From positions 1,879 to 65,878 of the forward strand of contig JBJLCA010000039.1 in NCBI GenBank assembly GCA_045567915.1: DNA of 64,000 nucleotides, in the 5' to 3' direction. The notes under the pieces are model-generated. The model searched no databases and was not told where the DNA came from. It worked only from the letters and a program-made list of their open reading frames with translations. The DNA comes from Candidatus Poseidoniales archaeon (lineage in GTDB: Archaea; Thermoplasmatota; Poseidoniia; MGIII; CG-Epi1). The position numbers and the translations under genes are program-made. Of the stretch, positions 30,156-40,020 are shown piece by piece (positions within the stretch are counted from its first letter, which is position 1; the number at the start of each line of letters is the position of its first letter).

Positions 30156-32670
30156 ATGAGTGACATGAATAAACCCGAAATGACGGCCCAAGTACTAGTT
30201 GCTGTAGGAGCAGTATTTTTGTTAATATCTGCATATGTTATGGGAGTATATATTCCAAACCAAAAAGAGTTAGATGATGACTTCGAAAGTAGAACTTCTT
30301 TTGACGGAGATATGACTCTATTCGATGCAACTAAATCAGCTACTCTTTCAAGGAGATTTCAATGCTGAAAATGCTTTGAATTCTTATGCAGCTGCAGATG
30401 GAACTAATGCTGAAATTGTAGCTAAAGCAGATCCCTCAAAAAGTGATGATGAAAAAACATATTATAATTTCAATGCTTCAGCTTTTACATCAAAAGAGAT
30501 GATTGAAGAAAATAGAATCTTAACATTTACAGATTATAACAATTACGTAGACAGAACAACTTGGGAAACTAAAGATGCAGATGATCCAGAAGATACTTTT
30601 GGATATTCACTTTGGAATCCTAATGAGTTACCTGAGAAGAAGAATACTCAATATCCTAATCCTTTCGTCTCAAGCCACACCAATAACTACATTTATGTAA
30701 GTGAAGAAAAAGTAGGCGGAATTGATTGCTACAAATACACTGCAGACGAAACATTTGAATATTCTAGTGACAGCGTATTAGCATTAAAAGCTAATTTTGA
30801 TGGCTTCCTTCCAGCAGGCGTTGAAGGAACTTCTTATGGAGAAATGCAATACAAGGAAGTAATTTGGGTATCTACTGAAACAGGTCAAGTTGCAGACAGA
30901 GAACTAGATATTGTAGTTAATTTCATTCCAGATCCTAGACTAGCAGTTCTTTTCCAGGCAACAGAATCTCTTGATTCAGTTATCATATATGAAGGTACTC
31001 TAGATGGCGCTAACATCACTGCAGACAGGAGAACTTTTTCATCAGGTTCAATTTTCACAGGGACAGATAATACAACTGGAGCAGAGAGAACATACATGAA
31101 TGCAACAGGTACATTATTAATATCCGGAGAAACAGAACCACGTGTAAATTCAACATTCTTAATTGATACTCACACACAGCAAGCTCAAGTTCAAGCACCA
31201 GATGGCACTTACATTAGTGCAGGTTCGACTTTCTTTAGTATTGGATCAGTTTGTGAGACCTCAACAGTCGATAATTTTACAACATATAATTATCCGAATT
31301 TGTTCTTAACTACACATGTTAATACCTACGAATGTGTTGAAACAACGGCAATTCCAGGATTTATCATTCCGTCAGCCAATGTTGTAGGAAATACATCTGT
31401 ATACCACTACAGATCTGTTGAGACTGATGTTTCCTTTGGTAACCTTGACCAAGACGGTGATGGTGTAGATGATACACCAAATTTACCTGTATTTGACCCG
31501 GTAAATGGATTCTGTATGAATCCTGCAGTTTGTGCAGATAGGCAATGGTCCAGTTTGATTGCTTATGCCTTAACACAAACATCACTTGGTGATCAGGCAC
31601 TTCAAATTCCAATTCGTTCAGACTCTAACATGACTTTACCGCAATTAGGTACGGTAGAGATGGTAATGTCTGGAGATGCATTACAAGGTAAAAATTTCCA
31701 CCCAATAATTCAATCTAGTTTTGTTGAAATTAATGATTATGCAGCAAATCTCGGAGTAACTAATGAAGACGGCTCACCATTAACTTATGATGATATGCCA
31801 TTTGTTTTAGATACTGCACATCCTTCGTTAGCGCTTGGTGAAGTCGCAGTTCCAGGAAATATGGATGCAATGCTTGCAGGTCAGGCTCAACTAGGTTCTG
31901 AATTCCACCCAACTGTTTTTGCAGGAATCGCAGGTAAAGTAGGGGCAGTGGGAATTAATTTAACTACAGCTCAAGCAATGCCATGGATGATTGCTGGAGA
32001 TATTGATGTAGGTGAGGATGAGAATGTTACCAATGTGATGACTATGCCTTGGAATGCCTATCCCGTTCTTGAAGCTGCAGATTTACCTGTACTTGAAAAT
32101 CAAACACTTCCACTTTTCATGGATTACGAAGAGAATGTAATGCTTGATCCTGTTACAGCGACAGTTTTAGATCAGGACTTCAACATTATAGTATCGATTC
32201 ATTTCCCATGGGGAACTGAAACAATTGTCCAAGCAATTAATGTAGCTTACACAGATAATCAAACCTGGTCCAGTTCAGCTTCGAGATGGACTGCTGAATT
32301 TGGATACACTTTCATTCCAGGAAGTCCTGTTAGAGCAGATAATGCTAACTTCACAATCATGACTCTAAAAGGTGGTTATTCAGATGCAGAAGTAGCAGAT
32401 GCTAAGAAAACTATTGAAGATACTAGCTCAGCATTAAGTTCAGCTAGAACAATTCCAATGGTGCTTATTGGTGTGGCTTTGGTTAGTTTGATGGGTGGTT
32501 TCTATGTATACTACCAAAATAACCAAGGTGAAGGCATGACTTCAGGAATGGATGATAGTTCTTCTGAAGAATCAGCACCAAGCATGGCAGTAACTGAAGA
32601 GGATTCTGAGGAAGAAGCTGAAGATTCTGGCGATGATTCTGAAGAAGAATCAGGTGACTCCGACGAATAG
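30156..32670 (+). pseudogene. Frameshifted DUF3068/PorA-like membrane-anchored surface protein (ORFs 30156..30368 and 30325..32670 are one gene)
   Basis: ORF1 supplies SD (GAGG) and N-terminal TM; removing one T at 30346-30348 joins TKSATL to QGDFNAEN; internal duplication; C-terminal TM. Pseudogene, recoding and sequencing error cannot be told apart. Confidence 0.6.
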
Positions 32671-32715
32671 AAGTAAATAAATTTAAATTTATATACTGAT
32701 GAATAAGTCGCAGTT

Positions 32716-33759
32716 ATGATTAATCTACCCCAGTTTGTGACAGATAGAAAGAGACTATTCCTTTCAATATCGGTTGTACTAGTTTTACTTCTACCTGCCA
32801 TTTGGTTTGGATTAGGTCACGTTATCGCTAAGCAAGCTTTGACAGTACCTCACGGTTGTGGTCTTTGGGAATCCAATACTCCAACAAATTGGACAGTGGA
32901 TGATGATTGGGAGTCTTTTGAGCCTTGGGCAGATTCGGAACAACGAATATCAATGCGGAAGGATTTCAACGCAACTTCTTGGCAGTTTGATTCGTATGAA
33001 ACAATAAACTTTACAAGCAGAGATGGAATTAATCTTGAAGGTTGGTATGTTGAGGTAAATTCCTCATCACCAGTAGTTATTTTTGTTCATGGTGGCTATG
33101 AAAACGGCAAATGTAAGCCAGAGATTTTACTCTCAGCTTCATACTTGTCAAAGAATAATATCAATGTTTTCATGATTGATCTTCGAAATCATGGCCACAG
33201 TGAAGTAGTTTCAGACTATTTTTATCTAGGTCAGAAAGAATATTTGGATGTTCTAGGAGCTTACGATTGGTTAGTTGAAGATAAATCCTACAATCCTCAG
33301 TCAATCGGAATTGTTAGTATTTCGACTTACGCTTTAGCATCAACACTTGCTTTCGATGAATCAGAGATAGGAGCAATGTGGTTAGATAGTCCAATAATAG
33401 ATTTCCCTCTTTTGGTTGGGAATGAACTAGAAAGGCTTGGTTTCCCTAGGATGCTTGCATCACCTGCAATAACTATGGGTGAAAGGTTAGTTGGAGTGAA
33501 TATAGATGATAAGGTTCCTTTAGAAGTAGCCTCAAGGGCTGGAGATAGGCCAATGTACCTAGTCCATGGTGATAGCGATGTAAGAATATCCAACGAGCAT
33601 TCCAAGAAATTTTATAATAAAGCTGTAGAAGCTGAAGCTAATGTTACTTTATGGTTGGTTGAAGACAGCGCTCATGTAGATGCACTCTGGCAATATTCTT
33701 CCGATTATGAATCTCGTATTGTTACTTTCTTTACAGATTCTCTTATAATTGAATCTTAG
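32716..33759 (+). CDS. Membrane-anchored alpha/beta hydrolase
   Basis: N-terminal TM, DGINLEGWY, VHGG, DLRNHGHS, VHGDSDVRI, AHV. Confidence 0.88.
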   Translation: MINLPQFVTDRKRLFLSISVVLVLLLPAIWFGLGHVIAKQALTVPHGCGLWESNTPTNWTVDDDWESFEPWADSEQRISMRKDFNATSWQFDSYETINFTSRDGINLEGWYVEVNSSSPVVIFVHGGYENGKCKPEILLSASYLSKNNINVFMIDLRNHGHSEVVSDYFYLGQKEYLDVLGAYDWLVEDKSYNPQSIGIVSISTYALASTLAFDESEIGAMWLDSPIIDFPLLVGNELERLGFPRMLASPAITMGERLVGVNIDDKVPLEVASRAGDRPMYLVHGDSDVRISNEHSKKFYNKAVEAEANVTLWLVEDSAHVDALWQYSSDYESRIVTFFTDSLIIES

Positions 33760-35396
33760 TCTTCACCCATGAACGGATATTTCCAATCATGGATCTTTAG
33801 AGTATTTCTTTTGACAGATCTTGGGGAAATCCATCTTAATAAGTTCAGTGGTCCGCCAGCTTTGTCATTAGTTCCTGAAGCTCTAGCACCTCCGAAAGGT
33901 TGCTGGGCAACAACAGCACCAGTAGGTTTGTCATTGATATAGAAATTACCAGCAGTGAATCTTAATTTATCATATGCTTTTTGAATATTTTCTTCACTAC
34001 TTGAAAATATAGATCCAGTTAAAGCATATGGTGAAGCTTTATCACATAAATCCAAGACATCTTCAAAATCATCATCTTCGTATATGTAAATAGTCAAAAC
34101 AGGCCCAAATATCTCCTCAACCATAGTTTCTGAATTTGGATTTTCAGTCAATATGATTGTAGGTTCTATGAACCAACCAGTTTTATTATCGCATTTTCCG
34201 CCAGTTATTACTTTACAATCTGAGTCATTAGCAGCTCGATCGATATATCCTTTTATTTTGTTAAAAGCTCTGTCATCGATAACTGCAGTCATGAAGTTAG
34301 AGAAGTCGGAAGCATCGCCCATTTTTATTTTTTCAACTTCAGAGACTAAATCATTGCCCATACTTTCCCAAACAGTTCTTGGGACGTATGCTCTACTAGC
34401 TGCAGAGCATTTCTGTCCTTGGTATTCGAATGCACCTCTTAGGAGTGCAACCAATAGCCCTCTTCGGTCACAGTCAGGATGAGCTACAACGAAATCTTTA
34501 CCTCCAGTTTCACCAACTATTCTTGGATAACTTCTTAGATTAGGTAAAGCTTCAGCTATGCGTTGCCAGATACCTTGGAAAACTGCAGTCGATCCAGTAA
34601 AGTGAAGTCCTGCAAAATCCGGATTTGACAAACAAACTTCAGTTATTTCTGAACCTGATCCAGGAAGGAAATTAATAACTCCAGCAGGTAGCCCCGCTTC
34701 CATCATCAGTTCCATTAGTAAATAATTAGAATGGTAAGAATTGCGGCTTGGCTTCCATAGGGCAGTACATCCAACAATGGCTGGAGCACTTGGAAGATTT
34801 GCAGCTATGCTAGTAAAATTAAACGGAGTTACAGCTAATACGAATCCTTCAAGAGGTCGAATTTCAGTTGTATTAAGATTACCTTCAGGCGAAACTAATG
34901 GTTGGTATTGTTCATGAAATTCTCTCACATAGTGGGCGTTAAACTTCCAAAAGTCTATCAATTCACAAGCTGCGTCAATTTCAGCTTGAAAAACAGTCTT
35001 ACTCTGGTTAAGCATTGTAGATGCGTTAATTTTCATCCGCCACTTTCCGGCAAGAAGCTCAGCACATTTTTCAAATATTTGTGCACGTTTATCCATCCCT
35101 AGGTTAATCCAATCGTTTTGGGCATTAATTGCTGATTTACAGGCTTTTTCAATTTCTTTCTTACCTGCAAGGTGGACCTTTGCAAGTACATGATTGTGAT
35201 TGTGAGGTACTACTTGTGTTACAGTATTATCTGTGTAAATTTTTTCTCCATTTATTATGCACGGAATCTCAATAACTTCTCTCATTTGTTTGTTTAATTC
35301 TTTCAGTAAAGACTCTTTTTCAGTACTTCCAGGTTCGTACCCTAGAATAGGTTCATTGGTTGGATGAGAACTCATAATTTGTTTATTGAAGCTCAA
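33756..35396 (-). CDS. pruA: 1-pyrroline-5-carboxylate (L-glutamate gamma-semialdehyde) dehydrogenase
   Basis: AEIDAACELIDF, PFNFTSI, FTGS, GETGGKDF, FEYQGQKCSAASR, QQPFGGARASGTNDKAG; alternative start ATG 35375. Confidence 0.96.
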   Translation of the reverse strand: MSFNKQIMSSHPTNEPILGYEPGSTEKESLLKELNKQMREVIEIPCIINGEKIYTDNTVTQVVPHNHNHVLAKVHLAGKKEIEKACKSAINAQNDWINLGMDKRAQIFEKCAELLAGKWRMKINASTMLNQSKTVFQAEIDAACELIDFWKFNAHYVREFHEQYQPLVSPEGNLNTTEIRPLEGFVLAVTPFNFTSIAANLPSAPAIVGCTALWKPSRNSYHSNYLLMELMMEAGLPAGVINFLPGSGSEITEVCLSNPDFAGLHFTGSTAVFQGIWQRIAEALPNLRSYPRIVGETGGKDFVVAHPDCDRRGLLVALLRGAFEYQGQKCSAASRAYVPRTVWESMGNDLVSEVEKIKMGDASDFSNFMTAVIDDRAFNKIKGYIDRAANDSDCKVITGGKCDNKTGWFIEPTIILTENPNSETMVEEIFGPVLTIYIYEDDDFEDVLDLCDKASPYALTGSIFSSSEENIQKAYDKLRFTAGNFYINDKPTGAVVAQQPFGGARASGTNDKAGGPLNLLRWISPRSVKRNTLKIHDWKYPFMGED

Positions 35397-35451
35397 TTAA
35401 TATTAGTTGTCTTAGAGAGATATCTTTAATTCAGCAATACAATAGCATGAT

Positions 35452-35637
35452 ATGGCAAGAATAGATGTCAAAGACAAGGACCCCTTTGCTCATGCAGATG
35501 ATGAGCCAAAAGATAACATATCTACAGGCGGATTTATTTTTAGAGCGTTATTTAGATATTTGAGAATTTTTATATTCTTCTATGGAATTACAGCAATTGT
35601 CTATTATTTTGTGTTTGGAACCCTACCTGGTTTTTGA
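35452..35637 (+). CDS. Small hypothetical membrane protein
   Basis: 61 aa, charged N-terminus plus one TM; fills the gap; TTTAA box about 25 nt upstream. Confidence 0.65.
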   Translation: MARIDVKDKDPFAHADDEPKDNISTGGFIFRALFRYLRIFIFFYGITAIVYYFVFGTLPGF

Positions 35638-35643
35638 ATAGGA

Positions 35644-36420
35644 TTAACTTTCGTATTTCTCAGCTGAATCGTATAGACTATCAAAGATTAATCTAGCAAG
35701 TCGAGCCAATTCAGGTTGGTTCATCCACATACCTAGAAGTGTGTTTTCAGATTCAGGAACATCTAATCCACCTACACAAAATTCACTATTATCTATTAGT
35801 ATAATTCCTGCAGCAGGTATTGATCTTGCTAATTTAACTTCAAAATACCCTTCTAAGCGGCTTAAATCTAAGTTATTTTCTTTATCTGGAAATAACATTC
35901 TGACTTTTATTCCTCGACCACTTGCGTCGGAAAAAGCTCTACAAACATTTCGTGGCATTTCAGAAGGAAGTATGGCTGCGATAACATCAATGGTTTCATT
36001 CGCCCTCTCGCACATGTCAACTACTTGTGAAAATATATCCATGTCTTTTACAGTTAGTGTTTCTAAGTAATCTACGGGTTTTGATTTGAATAACGGAGCC
36101 AGTTCTTCATCTACTAATTTAGATGCATTTTGTATTGACTTTAATTTTCTATCAGATATTTCTTTAGGGTCGACTGGGAAATAGGTTTTAGGGTGCTTAT
36201 TACCTTCAACTACAATTCCTTCGGCCAGAAGATTATCAATAATTCCATAAATCTTTGCTCTTGAAAAGTTTATAGATCTACTTATTTTACCAACAGTAGA
36301 TTCTTTTGATACAAGAAGTACGTGGTAAACATGAGCTTCATCCTTTGATAATCCTAATTGAGTTAATATTTTAATTTCTTTTTCAGATTTTACTTTGTCG
36401 CTTTGACTTAGGCCTCGCAT
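35644..36420 (-). CDS. TrmB-family transcriptional regulator
   Basis: LGLSKDEAHVYHVLL...SRAKIYGIIDNL...PKTYFPVDP winged HTH plus PLD-like effector domain RGIKVRML. Confidence 0.9.
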   Translation of the reverse strand: MRGLSQSDKVKSEKEIKILTQLGLSKDEAHVYHVLLVSKESTVGKISRSINFSRAKIYGIIDNLLAEGIVVEGNKHPKTYFPVDPKEISDRKLKSIQNASKLVDEELAPLFKSKPVDYLETLTVKDMDIFSQVVDMCERANETIDVIAAILPSEMPRNVCRAFSDASGRGIKVRMLFPDKENNLDLSRLEGYFEVKLARSIPAAGIILIDNSEFCVGGLDVPESENTLLGMWMNQPELARLARLIFDSLYDSAEKYES

Positions 36421-36507
36421 ACGGTTACATAATTATGTACCTATTTAAAATGTCAGTTTAGTCACAAAGTATATAAATGTTTTATTAATTTAATCTGTTT
36501 CCTTAGT

Positions 36508-36515
36508 TTTATATA
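36508..36515 (+). promoter_or_regulatory. Putative TATA box (TTTATATA) of the beta-oxidation operon, likely leaderless transcript
   Basis: TTTATATA ends 24 nt before ATG 36540; no SD. Confidence 0.55.
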
Positions 36516-36539
36516 CTAAATGTATATTGTAAAATTAAG

Positions 36540-37661
36540 ATGAGTAGTGACGTAGCAATTTGTGGCTTTGTTCGTTCGCCTTTTACTCCGGCTAAAAGGG
36601 GAGGTTTATCGAAAGTTAGACCTGATGATTTGGCAGCAGGCGTAGTTAATGGTTTGATTGAAAAGTATTCGGTAAATGTGGATGATATTGAAGATTTGAT
36701 ATTAGGTTGCGCTTTTCCAGAGGCGGAACAAGGAATGAATTTAGCTAGAAATGTAGTATTTTTATCTCAATTACCTAACAGTGTTGGTGGAGTTACAGTG
36801 AATAGGTTTTGTGCATCCTCAATGCAAGCCATTCATCAGGCAGCTGGAGCTATAAATTCAGGTTCGGGAGAGCTGTTCATAGCTGGTGGTGTTGAGTCAA
36901 TGAGCCGTGTTCCAATGCCAGGTTTCAATCCAATGCTCAATCCAAGTTTAATTGATGTTGACGCTTACATTGGGATGGGACATACAGCAGAAAATTTGGC
37001 TAAGAAACATTCTATTTCTCGTGAGGATCAAGAGGCAATGGCTCTTGAGAGTCATCAAAAAGCAACAGAAGCACAAGAGAAAGGTAAATTTAAGGAAGAA
37101 ATTATTCCAATTAAGGGAGTCAACGATGACGGCTGTGTTCGACCTGAAACCTCACTCGAGTCCATGGCTAAGTTGAAACCAGCTTTTGACAAGGAAGGAG
37201 TTGTTACGGCTGGAACCTCATCACCTTTGACAGACGGTGCAGCTGCAGTTATTGTATGCTCAAAGGAATATGCTGAAAAGAATAATTTGAATATTATGGC
37301 CTATATTAGAGGAATGGCAATCTCAGGTTGCGATCCAGAAGTTATGGGTATCGGACCAGTTAAGTCTTCACAAAAAGCTCTTGAAAGGGCAGGAATCAGC
37401 TTAGAAGACGTTGATGTTATTGAAATGAATGAAGCTTTTGCAGCTCAGAGTTTAGCATGTGTTAAAGAATTAGGTATTGATATGTCGAAATTGAACATGC
37501 ACGGCGGTGCAATTTCCATGGGTCATCCTTTGGGAGCTAGTGGTGCTAGAATTACAGGAAAAGCAGCCTCTCTTTTGAAAGAGACTGGCAAAAAGTATGC
37601 TCTTTCAACAATGTGCGTTGGCGGTGGGCAAGGTTGTGCAACAGTTCTAGAAAGGGCTTAA
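36540..37661 (+). CDS. fadA: Acetyl-CoA acyltransferase (thiolase)
   Basis: VNRFCASS (catalytic Cys), NEAFA, GHPLGASG, MCVGGGQG. Confidence 0.95.
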   Translation: MSSDVAICGFVRSPFTPAKRGGLSKVRPDDLAAGVVNGLIEKYSVNVDDIEDLILGCAFPEAEQGMNLARNVVFLSQLPNSVGGVTVNRFCASSMQAIHQAAGAINSGSGELFIAGGVESMSRVPMPGFNPMLNPSLIDVDAYIGMGHTAENLAKKHSISREDQEAMALESHQKATEAQEKGKFKEEIIPIKGVNDDGCVRPETSLESMAKLKPAFDKEGVVTAGTSSPLTDGAAAVIVCSKEYAEKNNLNIMAYIRGMAISGCDPEVMGIGPVKSSQKALERAGISLEDVDVIEMNEAFAAQSLACVKELGIDMSKLNMHGGAISMGHPLGASGARITGKAASLLKETGKKYALSTMCVGGGQGCATVLERA

Positions 37662-40019
37662 ATGGAAATTAGTAAAGTTGCAGTGATTGGTGCTGGCTTA
37701 ATGGGTAGTGGTATTGCCGCACACATAGCAAATTCAGGTCTTCCAGTAACTTTATTGGATATCGTTCCAAAGGAAGCTACTAATCGTAATATCGTAGCTG
37801 AAACTGCAGTTAAGAGTATGTTGAAGCCAGTTAAAACAGGAAGTCCGACGCCTCTAATGCACAAGGATAATGTTAAATTAATAAAAACAGGTAATCTTGA
37901 AGATGATATTAATCTGATAAATGATGCAGATTTGATAATTGAAGTAGTCCTAGAAAGGCTTGACATAAAGCACGATGTGTTCAAAAAGATTGATAAACAC
38001 AGAAAGCCGGGTTCGATTGTAACTTCGAATACATCTACAATCCCAAGGGAAAAACTCGTAAGCGGAATGCCAGATTCATTCGCACAAGATTTTATGATTA
38101 CTCATTTTTTTAATCCACCAAGATATTTACGATTGCTAGAGATTGTAGCCGGCAAAGAAGTTAGTAAAAAGAAGATTGAAAAAATCGTTAAGTTTTGCGA
38201 TTTGAATCTTGGAAAAGAGGTTGTTATCTGTAATGATACTCCAGGATTTATAGGTAATCGAATAGGAACTTACTGGACACTTGTCGGAATGATTGAGGCC
38301 TTTAAGCTTGGTTTGACAGTCGAAGAAGCTGATGCTGTGATGGGCCGCCCTATCGGAGCTCCTAAAACAGGTATATTTGGTTTAGTTGACGTAGTAGGCT
38401 TAGATCTTATTCCTCATGTAACTGAGAGTATGTCTTCAAATCTTTCAATTGAGGATTTGTATAACGATGGAGTAAAAGAACAGGAAGCCTTAGGAATTGA
38501 TAAATTATTGCAGGAAATGATTGCTAGTGGATATACTGGAAGAAAAGGCAAAGGTGGATTCTACAGACTAAATACAGAAGGTGGTAAGAAAATTAAAGAA
38601 TCTCGTAATTTAGTATCTGGGAACTACAGCCCTTCCAATAGGCGAGTAGGGTTAGAGAGTGTAAAAGCAGCCAAAAAAGGCCTAAAAACCCTTGTTGAAT
38701 ATAATGATAAAGGCGGAAATTATGCATGGAAAGTACTGTCAAAGACTCTTTCATACGCAGCTTCACTTGTACCTGAAATAACTGATAATTTGGTAAATGT
38801 AGATTTAGCAATGAAAAATGGATTTCTATGGAAAAAAGGCCCGTTTGAAATGTTAGATGATTTAGGCCCTTCTTGGTTTGCCAGCAAAATTGAGGCTGAA
38901 GGTATGCAGGTTCCAGATTTGTTAAAGGTAGTTTCAGATGGTAAATTTTATGACGTAATTAGTGGCGAATTAAATTATCTTGGTGTGGGTGGAAAATACT
39001 CTAAAATACAAAAACCAAAAGGATATTTGAATACTAAAGATGTTAAGCTAGGTAAAGAACCTATTTTCAGAAATCCTTCAGCTAGTCTGTGGGACATGGA
39101 TGATGAAATACTTTTAGCTGAATTCCATAGTAAGATGAATTCTATGGATCCCTTAATCATGGAGGCTTTGTCTAAAGCTTCAGATTTATGTGAATCAGGA
39201 AATTTCAAAGGCCTTGTGGTAGGTAATGATGGTACTAATTTTTCAGCAGGGGCGAATTTAGGTTTATCAAGTTTTGTAACAAATGTAGGGGCTTGGGAAG
39301 AAGCTGAAAATTTTGTTCAAGGCGGTCAACTAGCTTTTATGATGTTGAAACACGGGAGTTTTCCAGTAGTGGGAGCTTCACATGGTTTAGCCATCGGAGG
39401 CGGCTGTGAGGTTTTACTCGCATGTGATGCAATACAAGCCCATGCAGAAAGTTACATTGGATTGGTGGAAGTAGGTGTAGGTCTTGTTCCAGCTTGGGGT
39501 GGATGTAAAGAGATGATTACTCGTTGGAATCAAGATCCAGATCAACCAAAGGGGCCAATGGCATCAATAATGAATATTTTCCAGAATGTTGGAACTGCAA
39601 AAGTAGCAACAAGTGCTCAAGAAGCTAAAGAAATGAAATTTTTAAGCCCAAAAGACCAAATAACTATGAATCGCGAACGTTTACTCCACGATGCAAAGGA
39701 ATTATGTATGAAAATGACAGATAACTATGAAGCTCCATCTCCAAAGGAACATTTTTTGCCTGGACCTTCAGGAAAAGCAGCTTTAGATTTAGCTGTGGAT
39801 GATTTGGTAAAAGCAGGCCATGCTACACCCCATGACGTTGTAGTAACTAAAGAATTGTCTCACATATTATCTGGAGGTGACACAGATCCAACTGAAACAG
39901 TGTCTGATGATAAACTACTTGAGATGGAAAGAGAGGGCATTCTTAGACTTATGAGAACCGAAGGGACAATGGATAGAGTTGAACATATGTTGACAACAGG
40001 GAGACCGTTGAGGAATTAA
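37662..40019 (+). CDS. fadN: 3-hydroxyacyl-CoA dehydrogenase / enoyl-CoA hydratase fusion (FadN type, dehydrogenase first)
   Basis: GAGLMGSGIA, SNTS, HFFNPPRY, C-terminal crotonase FSAGANL, GGGCE, GLVEVGVG, GRPLRN. Confidence 0.92.
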   Translation: MEISKVAVIGAGLMGSGIAAHIANSGLPVTLLDIVPKEATNRNIVAETAVKSMLKPVKTGSPTPLMHKDNVKLIKTGNLEDDINLINDADLIIEVVLERLDIKHDVFKKIDKHRKPGSIVTSNTSTIPREKLVSGMPDSFAQDFMITHFFNPPRYLRLLEIVAGKEVSKKKIEKIVKFCDLNLGKEVVICNDTPGFIGNRIGTYWTLVGMIEAFKLGLTVEEADAVMGRPIGAPKTGIFGLVDVVGLDLIPHVTESMSSNLSIEDLYNDGVKEQEALGIDKLLQEMIASGYTGRKGKGGFYRLNTEGGKKIKESRNLVSGNYSPSNRRVGLESVKAAKKGLKTLVEYNDKGGNYAWKVLSKTLSYAASLVPEITDNLVNVDLAMKNGFLWKKGPFEMLDDLGPSWFASKIEAEGMQVPDLLKVVSDGKFYDVISGELNYLGVGGKYSKIQKPKGYLNTKDVKLGKEPIFRNPSASLWDMDDEILLAEFHSKMNSMDPLIMEALSKASDLCESGNFKGLVVGNDGTNFSAGANLGLSSFVTNVGAWEEAENFVQGGQLAFMMLKHGSFPVVGASHGLAIGGGCEVLLACDAIQAHAESYIGLVEVGVGLVPAWGGCKEMITRWNQDPDQPKGPMASIMNIFQNVGTAKVATSAQEAKEMKFLSPKDQITMNRERLLHDAKELCMKMTDNYEAPSPKEHFLPGPSGKAALDLAVDDLVKAGHATPHDVVVTKELSHILSGGDTDPTETVSDDKLLEMEREGILRLMRTEGTMDRVEHMLTTGRPLRN

Positions 40020-40020
40020 T

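Noticed and set aside
30363..30410. TGC-TGA as a selenocysteine readthrough
   Set aside because: The same frame closes again after 12 codons; the protein continues in the +1 frame
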